The notes beneath the pieces are model-generated. The model was not told where the DNA came from. It searched no databases and saw nothing but the letters and a program-made list of their open reading frames with translations. DNA of 64,000 nt from Callorhinchus milii. Taxonomy: Eukaryota. Below, in pieces: positions 27,347-64,000 of the stretch. How positions within the stretch are numbered: the stretch's first letter is position 1; each line of letters begins with the position of its first letter. The stretch is taken from NCBI RefSeq assembly GCF_018977255.1, contig NW_024704742.1:50284001-50348000 (forward strand). Reading direction: 5' to 3'. The position numbers and the translations under genes are program-made.

Positions 27347-29797
27347 AAACCTGTCCACCATCTCAGGCTTCTCCTCCATCCTCTCTCAACCTCTCCCTCA
27401 GCATCCACTCGGCTACCCACGTTCACAGCCACCCGCTTGACCTGGTGATCACCCAGGGCCTTAGCGTCTCAGATGTCACCATCACAGACAAGGCCACCTC
27501 TGACCACCATTTCATCTCCCTCAACTCCTATATCCCTCTCTCCACTGCCTCCAAACCTACCACCATCTTCTACCGCCCATGGAAGAAGACCTCCCAACAA
27601 TCCCTCCCCACTGTCCTGGAGTTCTCTGAACTCCTTCCTCTCTAGCCCACCTCCCGCACCAACCCATCCTCTGCATTTACTCTCCTCTTCAGCACCCTCT
27701 CCACCACAAACAATGCCGTTGCCCCCTTCACCTCCAGAACTGCCTCCTATTCCTATTAAGGTTAAGGTCAAGGGCCAGATGTGGGCTGCCAAATGCACTT
27801 GGCTCAAATACACCCTAATGGTCTACCGGCACATCTGGCTAGACCACATCAAAACTCCGCTCCACTCTCACCTCAGCCAAATCGTCCTTCTACTCCAGGT
27901 TAATCCTGGAAGCGAAGCGCAACCCCAGGCTTTTGTTCTCCACCACTAATCGGCTCCTCCGCCCTCTCCGCCACGCCTCCCAGATTCTTTCCTCCAACTC
28001 CCACTGCAAGGAAATGCTGGACTTCCTCGAGTTAAAAATTGAGGGAATCCGCTCAGCTGCCACTGCACTCCCAACTTCCACCCGCTCTCTAACACCCACC
28101 CCCACACTCCGACCACTGCCCATCCCTCCTTCCACACCTTTGAAACTGTCATCCCCTCCTCTGTCATCACCACCATATCCACCATGAAGCTCACCACCTG
28201 CTCCCTGGAACCCATCCCCACCCTTCTCCTTAAATCCCAGCTCCACCTCCTTGCTCCACTACCTGCCGACATCATCAACTTCTCCCTGTCATCTGGCACT
28301 GTTCCTTCCCCCTTCAAAACAGCCACTATCACTCCCACCTTGAAGAAACCTTCCCTTGACCCATCACAGCTATCCAGCTATCAGCCCATCTCCAACCTCC
28401 CTTTTCTGTCCAAGATCCTTGAGAGAGCCATTGCCTCCCAGCTTCGCTCTTTCTCTCCTCTCACTCCCTCCATGAGCCCCTCCAATCAGGTTTCCATGCT
28501 GCCCTTGACTGCTCTGGTTAAGGTCACAAATGGCATCCTGTGTGTGACCATGGGCTCCCTCTGCCTCCTCGTCCTATTCAACCTCTCCGCTGCTTTTGAA
28601 ACTGTGGACCACTCAATCCTCCTCCATCGCCTCTCCTTCCACATCAGTCTCCAAGTTTCTGTCCTTGACTGGTTCAGGCCCTACTTTTCACACTGCCTCC
28701 ACTTTGTCTCAGCAAATGGCTTCTCCTCCAGCCCCCGCACCGTCTTGTGCGACATTCCTCAGGGCTCTGTCCTCAGTCCCCTCCTCTTCACCCTCTATAT
28801 GCTTTCCCTTGGTGACATCATCCGCAGACACGGGGTAAATTTCCACATGTATTCGGATGACACCCAATTTATCTCTCTGCCTCCACCTTGAACTCCAGGA
28901 CAACTGGCATCCTGACCGACTGCCTGTCCGACATCAGGTCTTGGATGAAGGACAACTTTCTCCAACTCAACGTCGGCAAGACCGAGGCCCTCCCAATTGG
29001 CTCATGCCAGCGCCTCTGCACCTCAGGCGCCATGGCTGCACACTCAACCTCACTAAGTCAGTCAAGAACTTGGGTGTCTTGTTTGATCCTGAACTATCCA
29101 TTCACCCCCACATCCTCACCATGACCCGCACTGCCTACCAACACCTCCGCAACATTGCCAGACTCCGCCACTGCCTCACCCCTCAGACTGTTGAAACCCT
29201 CATCCACACATTCGTCACATCAAGGCTCGATTATGGAAACTCCCTCCTCATCGGCCTTCCCAACTCTTCCCTTCACAAGCTGCAGATCATCCAAAACTCT
29301 GCAGCTTGTGTACTCTCACGCACCAGGCTCCGTGACCCCATCACTCCCACATTTGCCCGACTCCACTGGCTCCCCATCCCTCAGAGGATCGAATTCAAAA
29401 TCCTCGTCCTCACTTTCAAGGCAATCCATGGCCTTGCCCCCTCCTACCTCTCTGACTTGCTTACTCCCTACCAACCTGCTCACTCCCTCTGTTCAGCGGG
29501 CTCCGGCCTGCTCCATGTCTCCCGCCCGACCTGCCGTACCATCGGTGGCCGGGCTTTCAGCCTCTCTGCCCCCATACTCTGGAACTCCATCCCACAGTCC
29601 CTTCACCTCACTTACTCCCTTGCCTCCTTCAAGGCCGGTCTTAAGACCCTCCTCTTCGATCGTGCCTTCAGTCGCCCTTCCCACCCTCACCCCTACCCCA
29701 CCCCTCCCCATGCTGGATATTGACCCCTGATTGCCCAGCACCTTGGGACGTCCTCCCGACGTGAAAGACGCTCTATAAATTAATTTTGTTGTTGTTT
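27347..29797 (+). mobile_element. 5'-truncated L2-clade LINE (decayed ORF2: end of APE endonuclease plus reverse transcriptase)
   Basis: HSHPLDLVIT...SDHH endonuclease motif. RT motifs YQPISNLPFLSKILE, PQGSVLSP, HMYSDDTQ and LHWLP..RIEFK, broken by frameshifts. 3' tail GACGCTCTATAAAT..(TTG)n. Confidence 0.93.
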
Positions 29798-30724
29798 TCC
29801 CTCCTTTGACAGGTTTGGGAGTGAACAACCTTCCCCTATCCCTGATTTTGGAGCAATAAAAGAGGAAGTTTGGAGGTGCCTAAGCAGTGTTAATAAATTT
29901 CAACAATGGCTAGAAGTTTTTTTGCTGAGTATATTTTTACAGCTTCCATAAAAGCATTCTTTGCTGAGTGAACATTCCTCCTGTCACACTTTGTAACCTG
30001 TTTGTCATTATCCTCACTCAGAGTATATTGAACCATCTGCAGTTGACGTTGTTGGTTTGACCCCATAACCATCCAGGGCCGTTAATTGCCACTATCTTTG
30101 TGTCTCCCACAATCATGCCCTTTCATCCCTATTGTACAAATTACCATCTTAACTCAAGAGTTTTTCTCCTGTGATAGTTATCACCAGTGACAATCAGCAT
30201 ATCACAAACTATAATTTCCACTCCAATATTAACCCAGATACAGTCACTAAATCAATTCCAGTATGAGTAAAATCTTACATTATGCACTTTCCCTAGGAGT
30301 GATTCAACCAAGGATGGTTCAATAATTCATGAGTGAGGAAATGACAAATAGCTTACCAGGTTATCTTCAGGCATCTGACAGGAAGGGTGTTCCCTCAGCA
30401 AGCAATGTTCTATTCAACCTGTAAAAATGCACTCTAAAAAACGAATATTGCTGAAATCTCATGTTTTTATATTGTGCTGATGCTGCCATGATCGCAGCTC
30501 CTCCAGACTCCCACTTTCCTTCTCCCAAAGTAACAAATATGCCTTTCTGTATTTGCTTCCTCCTCCCTGCATGTGTGTGAAATTCAATCTAATCACCAAC
30601 AGTGTACCAAAATAGTAAAAATAAATTCAGTATGTCTTTATATCAGGAAAATAAATACCCACTCCTCCAATGACTCCTACTTCTAAATTATTCTTTCTCA
30701 GAATCTGAAATATATGAAACTCCT

Positions 30725-30870
30725 TATAGAAACATAGGAACAGGAGTAGGCCATTCAGCCCCTCAAGCCTGTTCTGCCATTCTATTAGATAACGGCTGAT
30801 CTGTATTTCAACTCCAAATACCCATCTTACCTTACCTTCCCAAGTCTTTCCTTGTACAACCTGACAATCC
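30725..30870 (-). mobile_element. CR1/HER1-type 3' tail
   Basis: tagaaacataggaacaggagtaggccattcagccc. Reverse complement of the 37130-37305 copy. Confidence 0.7.
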
Positions 30871-32070
30871 CAATCTTGTTATCAGCTATGTTTGTCTTCC
30901 TGGCTTAGCTTGTGTTTTTTCTAATCTAACTCTGATAATGTGTTGTATTATGGGTCTTGGTCTTTGACCTGAGTTTCTCTGTTTAAAACAAGCGATCCAT
31001 TTATCATCTTGTATGTGGAATGCGGAATTGTAAAAAAAAGCAGCGCAGCTCTTCCTGCTCGGCGATATCATGCGATATTGGGACGTCCTCCTGACATGAA
31101 AGGCACTATAGAAATATGATTTGTTGTTATTGTTGTTGTTATCACACCAACCTCCAAAGGCAGTGAATGCAATATCAGAAAGAGAGTGATTACTCAGACA
31201 AATCATGAAATAGAAAAAACAATATTTTTGTGAAGTAACATTAATATCAATCTACCTTCAGCTTAGAGGATGAACTTGCAAATTCTTTGTTAATATTTCA
31301 CTTCTCTGCAACCTTAAGTCTTTTTCATCTCTCATATTGGGAAATAATACATCGCCAATTTAAAGTTCACACTGTTAGGTGCTGATACTTTTATTCCACA
31401 TTATTCTGATGTACTTTGTGCCATGCAGATGCCGTCTGGGAATTGTTGGAATGACTGGACAGAGAAGCACCATATTCCTTTACATCTAGGTACACAGTTT
31501 GCCAGATGACAAGATTGGCTAGCCCTCCAAAATTGTGATAACTCTTGACAAAATTCACATTTACGTACATAAATTCATTAGAATCCAAATATTGCTTTAA
31601 GAAACCATCAATGCTTTAAGTCAAACTTCAAAATGGAAGTATACGAATGAAGCAAATGATGTGATGGATTTTATTAGTAAATTAACATTGGTCTGGGGCC
31701 TGTACTTATAAACCACACAATATATCATTTGATCAATACATTTCTATGGTCTTGTGTCCTACAAATATCTTTAAAATATAAAATGTATATTTTTACCTTA
31801 CATTCTATTCAGTTCTGGCTGTTAAAATTGCATTTGGTATAATACAAATCTACAAAGTATAATTCTACAAGCATCAGGAAAGTAAAGCAGGCTTATCCCA
31901 GTGCAATAATATATACCCAGTTTTCAAATACCATGTTCACAAAATAATCTTTTTTTTTGCAGGGGCTTCATTACAAGGTGGGTAACAGCAAGACAAACAT
32001 CAGTTTATATACTGTAAAATAAAACTGTCTCTTAAACTCCGGATACTACAACACACAAGATATAAAACTT

Positions 32071-32545
32071 GGGTGAGAAATTTCTCATATCACTGATAAT
32101 TTGTTACATTTGTGTAAGATTTATGATGAAAGATTCCTCATGTATCTAAACATAGCACCAATGATTATGTAGAACAATAGGCTGAATGCTGAGTGCCAGC
32201 AGTCACACTAGTTAATTGCTTAGCCTAGTGTTTCTTAACTTGCAAATTCACCTTAATAACATTTGGAGCGTTTTGTTAAAGCTCTGCTCAAGTATGTTAA
32301 AACTTTTTTAAAAGATCCTGTAGGAACTTTGCCAAGGAACCACGCAGCCTTGAACAAGAGTATTGTAACATCCGTTCTGACCGGCAGCAGCATTGTTCCA
32401 CATGTTGTTCAGACCAATTTTGCAGGTGGAAGAACGTGTGTGTCCCTTTAACATAGTACTATCACTAACGCACACCATTACGGCACCGTTAGCCAACATT
32501 GCAATTGGGGTCTAACTTGCAATCCAAAATAAGAAATTCCTCAAC
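32071..32545. mobile_element. Possible old non-autonomous DNA transposon
   Basis: Imperfect 15-bp terminal inverted repeats ggtgagaaatttctc / aagaaattcctcaac. Confidence 0.3.
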
Positions 32546-34121
32546 TATTGAATATACTCAACTACCCAGATGTACTGGATGTGGACATCCCCTGTTTCCG
32601 ATACGGGTCTATGAAGCTTATGTCCAGCTTCCAACTTGCTTTTGACTACTGTTAGAGGGATCACAACTTCAAACTCAAAGTCAAACCACAATCCCACAAA
32701 CTAGTAGTCATAAACACAACCACAAGCTGGAAGGCAGTGTGTAACCTGGGTTCAGGAAGTCAGCATTGAGAATCGGTTGGCTAGTTACATTCACAACAAT
32801 GCAATTCATATTCCATACTCCAGAAATCTCTGAATTTAAGTGCTAAGTTAGACCCTAACATTGCTATATTAAGCAACATGAAGAATCTTTCTCTGTACAG
32901 ATCTCAATGATGACTTAAATAAATGGAATAATCATCCAACAGAATTCCAGCATGAGAAACATCCATCAAGTGTTTAATAATGTTATATATGTTATATTTG
33001 CCTTTAATAACAATGCATTTATTTAAAAGTACGGATACAGGATATATACAATTAAAATTTCACAGTTGCACAAGACATTAATTAGAAGCACAACCCGACT
33101 TAACACAAAATTAGTTGATTCACAATCAAACTATCTCGTCATCAGAATGTGCAACACAAAGGCAAGACTTAGATGTTCCAGGAAATTGAAAGAAGGATCT
33201 TTCAAAGATCTTTATGATCCTCAAACCTATTCCTCATTTTTAATATTACTGTTTAAAACAGTGTGATTCTGGTTATGTTGTTCCAGCAATTTTCAAAGAA
33301 TATTTCCTGCCGTTTACTTAAAACTCCCTTTTTGGCTAGAAATGCCATAATAGGCAATTGGATGGTGTGGACACCTAATGGATCACAAATCAGTAATGGA
33401 TTCTCTCATGATACATACTTCCTCCAAGAATGCTTATTTAAAATGTTCCCAAAATGGTTTAAAATCTATGACATACATGAGCCTGAACACCACATAACTA
33501 TCACACCAGTGTCATTGTCTCTACTACTATCTTAGTTACCCAATAATATGTCAATTACAAGGGGTAATAATTCCTTAAAAAAAATTCACTCAATTCACGA
33601 CTGCTCGTGGGACACTGCTGTGTACAATTGGCTGCCGCGTTTCATCCACAAAATATACAGTCAATTCACTTTACAGTATATTCTATGAAGCACTTTGAGA
33701 TATCTCAAAGTCATGATAAGGCGCTATATCAAATGCAAGGATTATTATTATGTCCCTGGGCTAGCCGTAATACAGATGCATTTATAGTATTTTTGCCATC
33801 AAACCCAATATTTATCTCAGAAATGATGACTTAGTGGGTAAAAGATGCCAAATGTGGTAAATTGTTGAATTCAGTCGTAACTGTAGAGCCATTGTTTTTG
33901 CCGTTATTAAAATAACTTACGGAAAACAAGTTCCAAATGTATGGCTCTGTACGAAAATCTGCCAAATTATTGTAAAACTAGTTGCAGGTGAAATGGCTCT
34001 GCATAAACCATTTGGCAAGATTAGATCTCAATTCAAACTCTACCTTCACCTTATTGAAGCTCCGGTGTACAGTATTTCTCTTTAGAATTCATAGGCACTT
34101 TCCCAACCATCAGAAAAAATA

Positions 34122-34341
34122 TTTATTTTTGAACAAAACTGCCAATATTCCCAAAAACATAATTTAAAAAAAACTAATGTTAGAAATGCTAACAATTGAC
34201 TTGTTTTGTCAGTGGTTATATATATCGGAAGTTCTATAAAAGTACTATATTACTTTAAAGGAGTGTTGCACAGCCATGAAAAATGTAAAACATTTGCTTA
34301 GAGTGAATCTTCAAGTTCTAAACTTGAAACTTTACTTTATT
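34122..34341 (-). terminator. Candidate proximal polyadenylation signals of gabra4 (AATAAA at 34341-34336 and 34127-34122)
   Basis: tttatt hexamers on the + strand downstream of the stop codon. Further ones at 33018, 31670 and 31390. Confidence 0.35.
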
Positions 34342-34661
34342 ACATTCATATATGTTTGTTTTTCTTAACTATAATTCTCTTCCATGCGGACCTCTGTCAC
34401 ATTACTCCTGCTTTCTATAATATATATTAAAATATCAACCAATTCAATATTTGGTTAGATATGAAGATGTAAATAGTAATAGAAGCTCGGTCTCAGTGAT
34501 GAGTACACATTTTAGCTTGTAACAGTAGGATACAATCAGTTACCACTGGGAAACCTGCTGTTCTCACACATTCAACCAATAAACCTTTAATGAAACCGCT
34601 GCATTACTTCATGGATTCAAATTGTTATAACATACACTAAAACGTTTCTGCAACAGCAAAA

Positions 34662-60052
<25,391 letters not shown>

Positions 60053-60127
60053 CTTTGCATGCCATACTGTAACCCTCTTCCCGTCCCTCGTCGCCAATTG
60101 CCTTGTCCTGAAGAAAGATCACAGCCG

Positions 60128-60345
60128 TCTGTGTGTGTGTGTGTCTGTGTGTGTGTGTCTGTGTGTCTGTGTCTGTGTGTCTGTGTCTGTGTGTCTGTGT
60201 GTGTGTCTGTGTGTGTCTGTCTGTGTGTGTGTCTGTCTGTGTGTGTGTCTGTCTGTGTCTGTGTCTGTCTGTCTGTGTGTGTCTGTCTGTGTGTGTCTGT
60301 CTGTGTGTCTGTGTCTGTCTGTGTGTGTCTGTGTGTCTGTGTGTG
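60128..60345. repeat. Compound (GT)n/(GTCT)n microsatellite
   Basis: Directly visible run about 75 nt upstream of the gabra4 ATG. Confidence 0.98.
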
Positions 60346-62144
60346 TACAAAAACCTTTTGCATCTACACTGCGTCCCTTTTTCCTCCTGCCAGCTTTACA
60401 GGAATACATTTCCTTCCACATTAGCCCGACCCACTTCCCAAATATTTTCCTTTGGCCAACAGCCCTTGTGGCATCCACAGTGATGGACTCCCGGCATCGT
60501 GTCCGAATTCAAATCCTATTTTTTTTTACACTGGCTTCTGTTCTTGGTCTCTTTTTTTTTATATATCACCTGTGCTGCTTGACAGGAGGGGGGGAAAGCT
60601 ACACAATCCACAGACAATTGTCAACAAGCATGTCAACCCAGAAATGCACCACGAATAAATAAATCTATGCTGGTGTGTGTCCTCCACTGACTTACAATGG
60701 ATGTTTTAAATCTCTGAACTGTGATTCCTATTGTGTTTTGGTCTCGATTTCCCAGAGTGAGTCCTATTGTCGACACTGAACTGTCCACCAGTGATTATTG
60801 TGTCGGTGTCTGGGCTCGAGTCTTGGGTAAACCTATTGCATTCATGGCAGTCAAAAGGTGGTGCTCTTGGACTCCAGGAGATTAACAGATTTCACTTCGC
60901 TCTCATAGTTATGATACGGATGGATATCTGTGCAAACAGACGAAAGAAAACGAAATTGTTTCTCCTCGAACTGTTTATTTGACCTGTGAGCCACGTAGAC
61001 CGACAGACCAGTTAGAACACATTTGTGCAGAATCCCACCCATTTAAGACTCACGATAACATCTGCAACGGTGAAAGGGCACTACCAGCAGTCTGGTACCC
61101 AGCTCCTCCTTATGAACCCTGCTATTTGCAAACTGATCTGTTGACGAGCGCATTCTGCAATAAAAACACTGACGCAATCACATGTTTTGGTTTTGCATTT
61201 TCTCAATTTCGAGGTCGTGCAAAAGTAATGGAAATATCTGTAAATATTGGTTCTGGGTTCATTTGTTTAATCATTGAGACGGAAGGCGCTTGCAATCTCA
61301 TCCTCTCCACTGAAACTCTGCCCCTAATAGTAAAATCATAATTTGCGTTAAGTACAAAAAAAGAGATCCTCCGACAGAAATTCACCACGAATGCACACAG
61401 CTCTTCATTATTGGCATTTTGAACAAGTCTCACATTGGGGTGAAAACCGTGCCAATTCGTGCAAAAAAAAAAAGAAAGAATAACGACATGGAAACAAAAC
61501 AGCTTGAACAGTTTTCGGAATTGTTTCGACACTTTTTTTATATATATATATTCCCCTGTCACCATATGAAACGCCAGTTGTTTGTGCGTTTCTGCTTTTT
61601 TTTTAGTACAGAACAGGGGATGGCGGGTTCTGTACTTTTGCATTCTCTGCAATAGAGGCACAGAGACATGTGATATTTCCTCCCCCCCACCACCACCCCC
61701 CACCACCCCCCCCCCCCCCAACAATGGTTTGCAGTTGCCGAATAAATATACATCATTACTATTCCTCACACAGGCGTGCGGGTGATAGGGGGGTTCAGCA
61801 GCGACTGATCACATCTGCCTGAAGCACTGTGTTTGAATGCTCCTGCACCTCCTGATCACCCTGTATCATTTTTTTCTTTTGCAGCCTCTCCAAAAAGGGG
61901 ATCACCTACGATTCCGATCTCAGACGCACACAGTGCCCCCCTTTTTTTTTTCTTTTTTTTTGCTTTTTTTTTTTGCTTTTTTTTTTTTGCTTTCCCCGCA
62001 GAACAGCTTCCAGCAAGCAAAGAGATTGGAAACCTGCGATCAGGTTTTGGGGAGCCGAGGGAGAAAAATACCTTTAAGGATCTGGTGGTTCTGACTGTTT
62101 TGCAAGGGAAATTGCATCCAAGGCGAACTCTCCATCTGCTGTTT

Positions 62145-62202
62145 TGCGCGCATGCGTTTGCGCCTCTGAATTATTGCACCGCTCCGGACTAAGTTGCATT
62201 CC
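62145..62202 (+). promoter_or_regulatory. NRF1-like site (GCGCGCATGCG) and putative gabrb1 initiator/core promoter
   Basis: Close match to the YGCGCAYGCGCR consensus about 100 nt upstream of the gabrb1 ATG, followed by GAATTATTGC...GACTAAGTTGCATTCC. Confidence 0.6.
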
Positions 62203-62250
62203 TCGAAACCTTCCCCTCTCTCGAAGGCATTACTGCAATCAAAGTTAGGA

Positions 62251-62330
62251 ATGTGGAAAATTCAACACCGAGGATGCTTCGGGATCCTGTCCATCCCCGT
62301 GATGGTGGCCATGGTTTCCTACGCACAGAG
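62251..62330 (+). CDS. gabrb1: GABA-A receptor beta-1 exon 1 (signal peptide MWKIQHRGCFGILSIPVMVAMVSYAQS)
   Basis: ATG at 62251, AG|gtgagc donor, 80 nt, resembles the beta1 signal peptide. Not in the ORF track. Confidence 0.9.
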
Positions 62331-62559
62331 GTGAGCTCCGATCCCTTCGCCGTTCCTTTTTTTGCGGTTGTTTTGTTTGTTTTTGGGGGGGTTTTTTTTT
62401 TTTTGTTGTTGTTGTTTTTGTTTTCTCTGCTTTCGATCTCTCTCCGGTGCGATCCTGAATGTAATCCACATTTCTTCCCCCCCCCCTTCCTTTCCCTTTC
62501 CCCCCCCCCCACACCCCCCACCACCCCCCACCCCCCACCCCCCTCCTCTCCTCCTCCAG

Positions 62560-62651
62560 CGTCAACGAGTCCAGCAACATGTCATATGTGAAAGAAACGG
62601 TGGATAGTTTGCTGAAGGGGTATGACATTCGACTGAGACCGGATTTTGGAG
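62560..62651 (+). CDS. gabrb1: gabrb1 exon 2 ([30 protein letters not shown])
   Basis: Pyrimidine tract plus ccag| acceptor, G|gtaatc donor, 92 nt. NMSYV is beta1-type (beta2 has NMSLV, beta3 NMSFV). Confidence 0.95.
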
Positions 62652-62884
62652 GTAATCCCATCTCCTCTCGTTACTGTTACACATATCTGCATTCAATGCG
62701 TTCTGTTCGCCAGACACCACACGTCCGTCTCTCTCACCGAATAAATACTATTCACAGACTGCACGACACAGAGAGTTTAACTGCAGAGCAGTGACTTGTC
62801 AGATGCTGATCATTTGCAACCGTGTATTTTGTGTTTTGCCGCTGAATTGAAATATCACATGTGGGTCATATTGTTTATTTCAAG

Positions 62885-62952
62885 GTCTCCCTGTGGATGT
62901 TGGCATGAGGATAGACATTGCCAGCATAGACATGGTCTCCGAAGTAAATATG
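62885..62952 (+). CDS. gabrb1: gabrb1 exon 3 ([23 protein letters not shown]); gene continues beyond the window
   Basis: tttcaag| acceptor, ATG|gtgagt donor, 68 nt. VDVGMRID is beta1-type. Confidence 0.95.
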
Positions 62953-64000
62953 GTGAGTGCATCATTTAAACTCCCCTGATGTGCAAATTGAAGCTGGCGT
63001 GGGGGGGGGTTTTTTTCCAAAAAAAAAAAAAAAATCCTTTTTATGTGCGTAATTCTATGCTTCGTGCCTGGGAACTGGGTGATGTTCATCATGGCGAATT
63101 TACGTGCAACTATTTCCAGAGTGTTTTCCAGAGTGTGGATGCCTCAGTAGGAGATCCAAGCTCTGTTACTGCAGTTGGCAGAATAAATACCTTGGAGATG
63201 AATACTACTCGTGTTATCGAGGCGAGCTGCCCTCATCCACGGCTGCAATCTACTTGTAGATGGAATATAATGGTGACAAGGCGTTTAATTTCCTATAATG
63301 TGTAATACTGCCATCTGCTGATTGTAATAATTCACTGCCTTCACTGAGCGCTTCTGCATGTCTTGCTCATTACATGATCCATAGGGAGGGGGAGAGAGAC
63401 AAGGTTTAGCACTTCAGACAGAGCATAGCCCTTTAACCTCAATTATGCATTGGCTGCAAATGGTTAAATGGATAGTTAGGATTTCATGTGATAATCCTGA
63501 TGCTATCCCAGTCCCACAGCCTAGTCAGGTCTAATATATTGTTGACAACTTTCATGTGATATATTTGCAAAATGAATGTTTATTTGGCCAGTATTATATT
63601 CCCCATGCAGCTGTTTACTATCTAAACAGCACCTGTGTGAAAAAAAAGTGGTGTCCCTTTAATTGTGTGGATGATTCAAAACTCGTTTTATCAGTGGAAT
63701 GGGAAACAAACGGGTTAAAATAATAGTTTCACTTTCATTTGACGGTGTGTCCATGGAAATATATTTGTAGCAAAAGTGCCTTAATAATTCATTCAGCAGC
63801 AGCTTTGCATCTATATGTGTGTTAAAGTTTTGTAAGTACTACGTCATGGCAACCTCTGCTGTTGTAACTTAATGTTAGGGCAAATATTGGACATGCACAG
63901 AACCCAAAGTATTTGGTGGGTGAATGTAATCTGCTCACAACGTCAAAAGACAAGCACTAGGCACTGTTGACAAAGTGAATGCTTGGCACTGCTGAAGTCG

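Larger units (their letters stand above)
60053..62250. promoter_or_regulatory. Divergent (bidirectional) promoter and 5'UTR interval between gabra4 and gabrb1
   Basis: Lies between two outward-facing ATGs. CpG content is visibly higher than background, there are no recognisable SINE/LINE copies, and it contains C-runs and poly-T tracts. Confidence 0.75.

Noticed and set aside
28184..29723. Functional reverse transcriptase gene, or retron-like system
   Set aside because: Multiple frameshifts, YSDD in place of YADD, and 5' truncation mark it as an ordinary dead L2 copy.
61793..61813. REST/NRSE site (ttcagca...)
   Set aside because: Only a partial left half matches, and the GGACAG right half is absent.

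Overview
This is vertebrate genomic DNA: AT-rich, intron-containing and rich in repeats. It is most likely from a cartilaginous fish, possibly a chimaera such as Callorhinchus. That assignment is inferred only from the repeat families present (tRNA-SINE, DeuSINE, L2, CR1, Penelope-like). The window holds part of the GABA-A receptor cluster. A complete 9-exon gabra4 lies on the minus strand (CDS join 60052-59967, 59755-59637, 58434-58367, 57412-57192, 52808-52726, 52328-52185, 52040-51888, 39330-39071, 35210-34662; 1683 nt, 560 aa). It is head-to-head with the first three coding exons of gabrb1 on the plus strand (62251-62330, 62560-62651, 62885-62952), and the two ATGs are only about 2.2 kb apart. 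Positions 1 to about 31 kb are gene-free intergenic DNA filled with LINE, SINE and DNA-transposon relics. I found no prokaryotic features, no CRISPR array and no convincing new multi-gene system. The most notable observations are the compact divergent alpha4/beta1 promoter with an NRF1-like core element, two overlapping upstream ORFs at the gabra4 start, a NAGNAG acceptor, a 32-bp minisatellite beside exon 2, a two-gene PIF/Harbinger fossil in intron 4, Penelope-like foldback elements with a decayed hammerhead-like motif, and several nested insertions. Comparisons with human sequences and repeat-family names come from memory and need database confirmation.
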